Sequence record: DRR723986_576
Strand: one strand, 5' to 3'
Length of the DNA: 54,088 nt
Every line of letters begins with the position of its first letter. Position 1 is the stretch's first letter. This document shows, piece by piece, positions 48,394-54,088 of the stretch. The position numbers and the translations under genes were made by a program. Under the pieces are notes generated by a model that saw only the letters and a program-made list of their open reading frames with translations, did no database searches and was not told the origin of the DNA.

Positions 48394-49428
48394 ATGAGTT
48401 CCCGCAAAGAAAAACTGAGCGCCATCCCCACGAATGTCATTACTGGCTTTCTCGGCGTGGGCAAGTCCACCGCCATTCTTCATTTGCTACAGCAAAAACC
48501 CGCCGATGAGCGCTGGGCGGTCCTGGTCAATGAATTTGGTGAAATCGGTATCGACGGCAGTGTATTAGGCGGCCGCGAGTCGGAGGACTCCGGTGTGTTC
48601 ATCAGCGAAGTACCCGGCGGCTGTATGTGTTGTGCAGCGGGGCTGCCCATGCAGATCGCGATGAATCGACTGCTGTCCCGCTCTCGGCCCCATCGACTCA
48701 TTATCGAGCCCACCGGCCTCGGCCACCCCAAAGAGGTGTTGGCGGTGTTGTCTGCCGACCACTATAAAGACCTGCTCGATCTTCGCGCCACTGTTACCCT
48801 GGTAGATGCGCGTAAAGTCAGTGATGAACGCTACACCCAGCACCCAACATTTTTACAGCAATTAGCGATTGCCGACGTGATTGTTGCCAACAAGGCCGAC
48901 CAATACCAGGCAGAAGACTTTCCTGCCCTGTTGAGCTTTCTTGAAGCAGACATCGGGCTGGACGCGAAGTCGGTCTTTCAAGTGAGCCACGGGCAATTGG
49001 CGCTGGAGTGGTTGGCAGAACCGGCCCGCGAACATCAGCTCCCTCATCACCATCACCACCATGAAGCCGAAGCGGCGGTTATCGATCCGGAAATACCCGA
49101 GGCGGGCTATCTCATTATCGACAATCAGGGCGAGGGCTTCTTTAGTCGCGGCTGGATATTCAAGCCAGAGTGGACCTTCAACAGTCAGCAACTTTATGAC
49201 CTGCTGCTGGGTATTAACGCGGAGCGCCTAAAAGGCGTGTTTATTACTGACCGAGGTATCACGGCCTACAACAAAGCCGACGGCGTACTGACGGAGGTGT
49301 CGCTTGATGAATGTATGGACAGCCGCGTGGAGTGCATTAGCGCCGACCCAGCCGTATTTGAGGGCATGGAAGCCGCGCTGTTGAACTGCGTTATTGAGCA
49401 GGCCCCGTCAACGCTTTACTCGGTATAG
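48394..49428 (+). CDS. COG0523 / CobW-family G3E GTPase zinc metallochaperone
   Basis: GFLGVGKS, VNEFGE, GCMCC, IEPTG, NKAD, poly-His linker. Confidence 0.92.
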   Translation: MSSRKEKLSAIPTNVITGFLGVGKSTAILHLLQQKPADERWAVLVNEFGEIGIDGSVLGGRESEDSGVFISEVPGGCMCCAAGLPMQIAMNRLLSRSRPHRLIIEPTGLGHPKEVLAVLSADHYKDLLDLRATVTLVDARKVSDERYTQHPTFLQQLAIADVIVANKADQYQAEDFPALLSFLEADIGLDAKSVFQVSHGQLALEWLAEPAREHQLPHHHHHHEAEAAVIDPEIPEAGYLIIDNQGEGFFSRGWIFKPEWTFNSQQLYDLLLGINAERLKGVFITDRGITAYNKADGVLTEVSLDECMDSRVECISADPAVFEGMEAALLNCVIEQAPSTLYSV

Positions 49429-49988
49429 GGCGCCACCCTTTCGACCTTTATCGAGTAAGCGGATGTGGCGGTGTCGTTTTCGGTGAGGCTGGTCGTCAGC
49501 ACGCCGGAGATCCAATACGGATCGTAAAGCGACTCCAGGACAAAGCCCTTGTCGTATTCGGCGTAGATAATTTGATTCGGCGGGGGCGGCGGCACGTGAA
49601 TACAGGCGCCAAAATACGGGACTAAGAAAAAGCGCGTTACGTGTTTTTCTGTGGCGCCAAATTCAAGTGGCACGATAAACCCGGGCACCCGCAGTGACTG
49701 ACCATCAAATTCAGGCCGGACCCTGGTCGAGCTGAGTGCGCGCTGATAAGCACTGTCATTCGCCTGCTTAACCGCTGAATACACTTGGCTGGCAATCCGG
49801 TCTTCCTCAGAGCCGTCTTCAATCTCGTTGAGGTACTCAGGCGGGTTCAACAGTGCATCCAGATCGTCCGCTGGCATGAGATCCGTCCACTCTATGGTGC
49901 GGTAGTCCTTCGCCAGGGCAGCGTTGGGCGCCAACAAACCAGGCAGCAGCACTACCACCGCGAGCATCTTTATCAGTGTGTTTATCAA
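49416..49988 (-). CDS. DUF3299 (ZrgD-like) secreted protein
   Basis: WTDLMP, PGFIVPL, FFLVPYFGACIHVPPPPPNQ. Confidence 0.88.
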   Translation of the reverse strand: MINTLIKMLAVVVLLPGLLAPNAALAKDYRTIEWTDLMPADDLDALLNPPEYLNEIEDGSEEDRIASQVYSAVKQANDSAYQRALSSTRVRPEFDGQSLRVPGFIVPLEFGATEKHVTRFFLVPYFGACIHVPPPPPNQIIYAEYDKGFVLESLYDPYWISGVLTTSLTENDTATSAYSIKVERVAPYTE

Positions 49989-50063
49989 AGTAACTCCGAA
50001 GCTCGGCCCCGGCCGCGCAGTGCGCCGAAACCGCAGGCCGATGTGGCGAGATATCTCACAAAA

Positions 50064-50086
50064 GAAATGTTATATCATAGTTTGCC
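50064..50086. promoter_or_regulatory. Zur box (left arm perfect, right arm degenerate)
   Basis: GAAATGTTATATCATAGTTTGCC between divergent DUF3299 and ABC genes. Confidence 0.6.
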
Positions 50087-50111
50087 AAACGATCAGAACC
50101 GGAGTCAGGCC

Positions 50112-50780
50112 TTGCTCGTGACGATTGACGATCTGCGTTTTCACTACCGCGCCGATCACGCCGCCATTCTTAATATTCCTCACTGGCAGCTCGCCAACGG
50201 TGAGCAGGTGTTCCTGCACGGCCCCTCCGGTACCGGCAAATCGACCCTGCTAAACCTGATCGCCGGGGTATTATTGCCGAGCCAGGGCCGCATCGAGATA
50301 CTCGGTAACAACACCGCACAGCTTAGTGGCCGCCAACGCGATACGCTGCGCGCCAAACATATCGGCGTGGTCTTTCAACAGTTTAATCTCATTCCCTTTC
50401 TTAGCGCGGTAGACAATATCAAGCTCGCCGGGCATTTCGCCGGCAACAAAAACACCACCGCCCGCGCCAAAGCGTTGCTGTCCGCATTGGGTTTGGCGCA
50501 GTCCGATCAGCACCGCGCCACGGGCCGCCTCAGTATTGGTCAGCAGCAACGCATTGCCATAGCCCGGGCGCTAATCAACCAGCCCGAGCTATTAATTGTG
50601 GACGAGCCCACCTCGGCGCTGGATAAAAAAAATGCCGATAAATTTATGGGGCTATTAATGGAGCAGTTGAGCGAGGGCAATACCGCGCTGATTTTTGTCA
50701 GTCACGACCCGCGTTTGGCCAAACCCTTTGATCGCGTGGAGTCGCTGCTCGATATCAACCGCGCCGAGGTTGCACTGTAA
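50112..50780 (+). CDS. ABC transporter ATP-binding protein (LolD/ZrgB-like)
   Basis: GPSGTGKS, LSIGQQQR, VDEPTSALD, VSHD; start placed at TTG after GGAG. Confidence 0.9.
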   Translation: MLVTIDDLRFHYRADHAAILNIPHWQLANGEQVFLHGPSGTGKSTLLNLIAGVLLPSQGRIEILGNNTAQLSGRQRDTLRAKHIGVVFQQFNLIPFLSAVDNIKLAGHFAGNKNTTARAKALLSALGLAQSDQHRATGRLSIGQQQRIAIARALINQPELLIVDEPTSALDKKNADKFMGLLMEQLSEGNTALIFVSHDPRLAKPFDRVESLLDINRAEVAL

Positions 50781-52030
50781 TGCTAGTACGCCTCGCCATC
50801 GCCAGTTTGTGGAATCGCAAAGGGTCAGCCCTGCTCACTCTGTTGGCCATCGCCGTTAGCGTATTCGTATTGCTAGGGGTCGAGCTGGTACGTGGCCAAG
50901 CGAAAAACAGCTTTTATAATACGGTTTCCGGCATTGACCTCATCGTGGGTGCGCGCACCGGCGACATCAACCTTCTTCTTTACTCGGTGTTTCACCTTGG
51001 CAACGCCACCAATACTATTTCCTGGGAAAGCTATCGGCAGATCGCCGACAAGCCCGAAGTGGCCTGGACCATTCCCATCGCCCTGGGCGACTCGCACAAA
51101 GGCTACCGGGTCATGGGCACCAGCAGCGACTATTTTCAGCACTTTCGCTACGGCCAAAAACAGCCGCTGGCTTTTGCAAAAGGCAGTGCCTTCGCCGACA
51201 CCTTCGACCTGGTGTTAGGCAGCGAAGTCGCCAAAACATTGGGCTACACGCTTGGCGACGAGGTTGTTCTGGCCCACGGCCTGGGTCGTACCAGTTTCAG
51301 CAAACACAGCGATAAGCCTTTTACCGTCGTGGGCATTCTCAATGCCGCCGGCACCCCCGTAGACCAAACGCTGATCGTTAGCCTCGAGGGGATCGAAGCG
51401 ATTCATCTGGGCTGGCAAAACGGTGTTCAATTGCCCCGCCATCTGAGTGCACATCAATCGCCGCAGCATGTTGACCTTACCCCCGAGAGCATCACCGCCT
51501 TTATGGTAGGGCTGCAATCTAAGATGGCCACCTTCTCGCTACAGCGACAAATTAACGGCTTTCAGGCGGAGCCACTGCTGGCCATTTTGCCCGGGGTAAC
51601 CCTCAGCCAGCTCTGGCAGTTAATGTCGGTGATGGAAAATACCCTGCGGCTGATTTCCGCGCTGGTGTTTTTTGCTGCGCTGCTTGGCCTGGCGGCGATG
51701 CTGCTTGCCAGCATTCGCGAGCGCCAGCAGGAAATTGCCGTTATGCGCGCTATTGGCGCGCCGCCGTGGTTTTTGCTGCTATTAATTGAAGGCGAGGCCA
51801 CGCTGATTGCGCTGAGCGGTTTTGTTTTGGCGAGCGGCGCGTTGACGGCGACTACCGCGCTCGCCGCGCCGCTACTGGCAGAGAAATTCAGTTTGTTTAT
51901 CGACTATGCGCTGCTGGCAAAACCCGCCGCGATCGTATTGGCGCTACTACTAGTAAGCACCGTCGTTATTGCGCTGATTCCCGGCATCAGTGCCTATCGC
52001 CGCGCCCTGCACCAGCAGCTGTGCCGCTAG
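50780..52030 (+). CDS. ABC transporter permease, MacB/FtsX type (ZrgC-like)
   Basis: DLIVGAR..LLLYSVFH.G, PIALGDSHKGYRV, ERQQEIAVMRAIGA. Confidence 0.9.
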   Translation: MLVRLAIASLWNRKGSALLTLLAIAVSVFVLLGVELVRGQAKNSFYNTVSGIDLIVGARTGDINLLLYSVFHLGNATNTISWESYRQIADKPEVAWTIPIALGDSHKGYRVMGTSSDYFQHFRYGQKQPLAFAKGSAFADTFDLVLGSEVAKTLGYTLGDEVVLAHGLGRTSFSKHSDKPFTVVGILNAAGTPVDQTLIVSLEGIEAIHLGWQNGVQLPRHLSAHQSPQHVDLTPESITAFMVGLQSKMATFSLQRQINGFQAEPLLAILPGVTLSQLWQLMSVMENTLRLISALVFFAALLGLAAMLLASIRERQQEIAVMRAIGAPPWFLLLLIEGEATLIALSGFVLASGALTATTALAAPLLAEKFSLFIDYALLAKPAAIVLALLLVSTVVIALIPGISAYRRALHQQLCR

Positions 52031-52072
52031 CAATCGGCCAATACCGAATCATTTACTTGGCTTGTTTTGACG

Positions 52073-52288
52073 TCAATTGCGGCGCCGCACCGCGCTGATT
52101 ACTAAGCACACCGTCCAACACAGTGCGCCAGTGGCAAACAGGTAGCCGAGGGGAATCAGGCCAAAGGGTTCGCGAAGAACACCCTGCTCATCCACATAGG
52201 AACCAATCTGCTGAAAACCCAGCATACAGAACAGTGCGGCCAACCATAAAATAGCGGGGCCACACCAGGGTCGGCGGAATAAGGTCAT
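52073..52288 (-). CDS. DUF3955 family small membrane protein
   Basis: GSYVDEQGVLREPFGLIPLGYL between two TM helices. Confidence 0.75.
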   Translation of the reverse strand: MTLFRRPWCGPAILWLAALFCMLGFQQIGSYVDEQGVLREPFGLIPLGYLFATGALCWTVCLVISAVRRRN

Positions 52289-52349
52289 GGCGGCTCTCTC
52301 TGGTGTTTGAATTACGACACCCGTCGAGCCGCGGCGTTCCGCCTGAGGT

Positions 52350-53207
52350 TTATAGCTGGGGAATGATCTTTGAGAACTTGCTGATCATCGGCATAACAAT
52401 TTCGGGCTTGTTCCAGTTTTCCATGCCCACACCGATGTTCACGCGGCTGATGCCCATATCGCGATAACGCTTGAGCAGGTCGACGCTAAGCTCGCCCATG
52501 GCCACCATGGTGATGTCTATTTGGTCGGGATCGCGACCGTTGTCGCGCACGGCTTGGCGAAATTGGGCAATACCCTCACCGACATCGGGCATCACTACAT
52601 CCACCGGCATCCAGCCATCGGCCCATTCGGCAGCGTGTTTAATGCCCAGCGGCCCCATTGCACCGAACAGAAACTTCGGGCCGCCCGCCTGCACGGGCTT
52701 GGGCTCAAACCACACGGGATCGAAGTCGATCATGTCGCCGTGAAATTCCGGCGCAGGGTCGCGAAACAAGGCGCGTGTCGCTTGAACGGTTTCGCGCAAG
52801 CCGCTGTAGCGTTTTTTCCAGGGCAGTGAGGTGGCGTTGGTAAATTCCTCTTCGTTCCAACCAACCCCGGTGCCAATAATCACACGGCCACCCGACAACC
52901 TATCCAGGGTGGCGATGGTTTTGGCCTGGGAGAGCAATTCACGCTCCATAAGCAAGGCGATGCCGGTACCCAGCTTTAGCGTTGTGGTCGCTGAAGCGGC
53001 TTCCATTAAGGAAATATAGGGGTCCATCATTTCTTTATAGGGTTCGGGCAACTCACCACCGGGTGGATAGGGTGTTTTCCGCGACATGGGAATATGACTG
53101 TGCTCGCCATACCAAAGTGAGTCAAAGCCGGCATCTTCCACAATGCGCGCCAGCTCCGCTGGGCGTTGGTCGTGCACGGTGTTCATTGAGGTAAAGCCTA
53201 GTTGCAT
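52350..53207 (-). CDS. Luciferase-like (LLM) flavin oxidoreductase
   Basis: GFDSLWYGEHSHIP, ATLDRLSGGR, GVGWNEEE, PKPVQ. Confidence 0.88.
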   Translation of the reverse strand: MQLGFTSMNTVHDQRPAELARIVEDAGFDSLWYGEHSHIPMSRKTPYPPGGELPEPYKEMMDPYISLMEAASATTTLKLGTGIALLMERELLSQAKTIATLDRLSGGRVIIGTGVGWNEEEFTNATSLPWKKRYSGLRETVQATRALFRDPAPEFHGDMIDFDPVWFEPKPVQAGGPKFLFGAMGPLGIKHAAEWADGWMPVDVVMPDVGEGIAQFRQAVRDNGRDPDQIDITMVAMGELSVDLLKRYRDMGISRVNIGVGMENWNKPEIVMPMISKFSKIIPQL

Positions 53208-53418
53208 CGCAATTCTCCATTATTATTTGGCGCAGCTATTATTGAGCTCAGCCATTGAGCTCGGCTATGGGCGGCCATTCCTGATCTGCTTATGGCACTG
53301 TATTTTCGATGGTTAAGACCGTCAAACCTTTCAGGGTCGTGCGGCGCCTAAATACGCTCGGGGCGCAGATTTTTAAACTGCCACCGCGGCGATGCACGCG
53401 CGCGTTTCACTCAGGCAT

Positions 53419-53440
53419 AAAAAAGCCGCCCGTAGGCGGC
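53419..53440 (-). terminator. Intrinsic terminator after TBDR
   Basis: Minus strand GCCGCC-TACG-GGCGGC-TTTTTT. Confidence 0.75.
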
Positions 53441-53460
53441 GAAGGGTGATGGGTGGGAGA

Positions 53461-54088
53461 TTAGTAGCGGTAAATCAGGTCGAGGCCGTAGCTGCGTGGC
53501 TCGCCCCACAATACCGAGCGGTCGGATTGCGGCTGATTGTCGATGGCAGTAATCGCGTACTCCTCGTCGGTGAGGTTTTTACCCCAGGCCGCAACACTGA
53601 GGTTGCCACCCGCGAAGGGCATGTCGCTCACACCGAAGCGCGCATTCCACACACCGTAGGCTTCCAGGCGCGTGTTTTTCACATTTTCTGCCCGCGAGCC
53701 GCCGTTGCGCTCATCCATATAGTTGTAGCTCAGGTTCAACGAGGTACGGCCCCAGTCGGCATCGGCCAGCGTCCAATCCGCCGCCGCGGTATAGGACTGC
53801 TCCGGCGCAGCAAAGAACACAAATTCGTCACTGACATCCTTGCCAGACACGTCTTCAGCTTTTGTGACCTCGGCATCCAGGTATGCGTAGTTGAGCATCA
53901 GCAGCAGATTGCGCGTTGCCATGAAGGTAATATCAGCCTCAAAGCCCTGCATTTCCGCTTCACCCGCGTTGGTGATTTTGGTGTCCGCCACGGTGCCCGC
54001 CAGAATAAAGTTCAGCTGCATATCGCTGTACACACTGCGGAAGATGTCGGCGTTGATCCGCAGGCGGCGATCCATCAGCTCGCTCTTA
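53461..54088 (-). CDS. TonB-dependent receptor, C-terminal part (runs off window)
   Basis: NAGEA..G.E, WGKNLTDEEY, GEPRSYG, terminal YRY. Confidence 0.9.
   Translation of the reverse strand, partial: KSELMDRRLRINADIFRSVYSDMQLNFILAGTVADTKITNAGEAEMQGFEADITFMATRNLLLMLNYAYLDAEVTKAEDVSGKDVSDEFVFFAAPEQSYTAAADWTLADADWGRTSLNLSYNYMDERNGGSRAENVKNTRLEAYGVWNARFGVSDMPFAGGNLSVAAWGKNLTDEEYAITAIDNQPQSDRSVLWGEPRSYGLDLIYRY

Noticed and set aside
49785..50111. Long N-terminal extension of the ABC ATPase
   Set aside because: Overlaps the opposite-strand DUF3299 gene and the Zur box; a start near 50112 has an RBS
52350..53207. Evidence of F420 use
   Set aside because: LLM proteins of this type are often labelled F420-dependent, but no F420 biosynthesis genes are in the window and FMN use is equally plausible
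53241..53266. 13-bp direct repeat ATTGAGCTCAGCC/ATTGAGCTCGGCT
   Set aside because: Only two copies; cannot distinguish from a local duplication

Overview
A 54 kb gene-dense window, inferred from gene content to come from a marine gammaproteobacterium (Spongiibacter/Zhongshania-like Cellvibrionales). It has many TonB-dependent receptors and lipid-catabolic enzymes. In order: the 3' end of a sulfide:quinone oxidoreductase plus SulP; ldhA; an amidohydrolase/HxlR pair; a GntR - fatty-acid hydroxylase - TBDR - START - DedA-like operon whose last gene is frameshifted; pyruvate kinase; an AraC-controlled tautomerase/esterase/crotonase operon; a low-GC stretch with degenerate attC-like sites; an OprC-type copper receptor; assorted metabolic genes; a MITE-like element; an ATP-grasp ligase flanked by two paralogous Cys-motif proteins; a MarR-controlled aldehyde dehydrogenase - P450 - isomerase - ferredoxin - NTF2 - TBDR operon; a large ankyrin lipoprotein; and a roughly 9 kb Zur-box zinc-starvation island that includes a 57-aa Cys-rich SEC-C microprotein missing from the ORF track. 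The window ends with an LLM oxidoreductase and a partial TBDR. I saw no rRNA, tRNA, CRISPR array, integrase or transposase. All product calls come from motif recognition by eye, not database searches.
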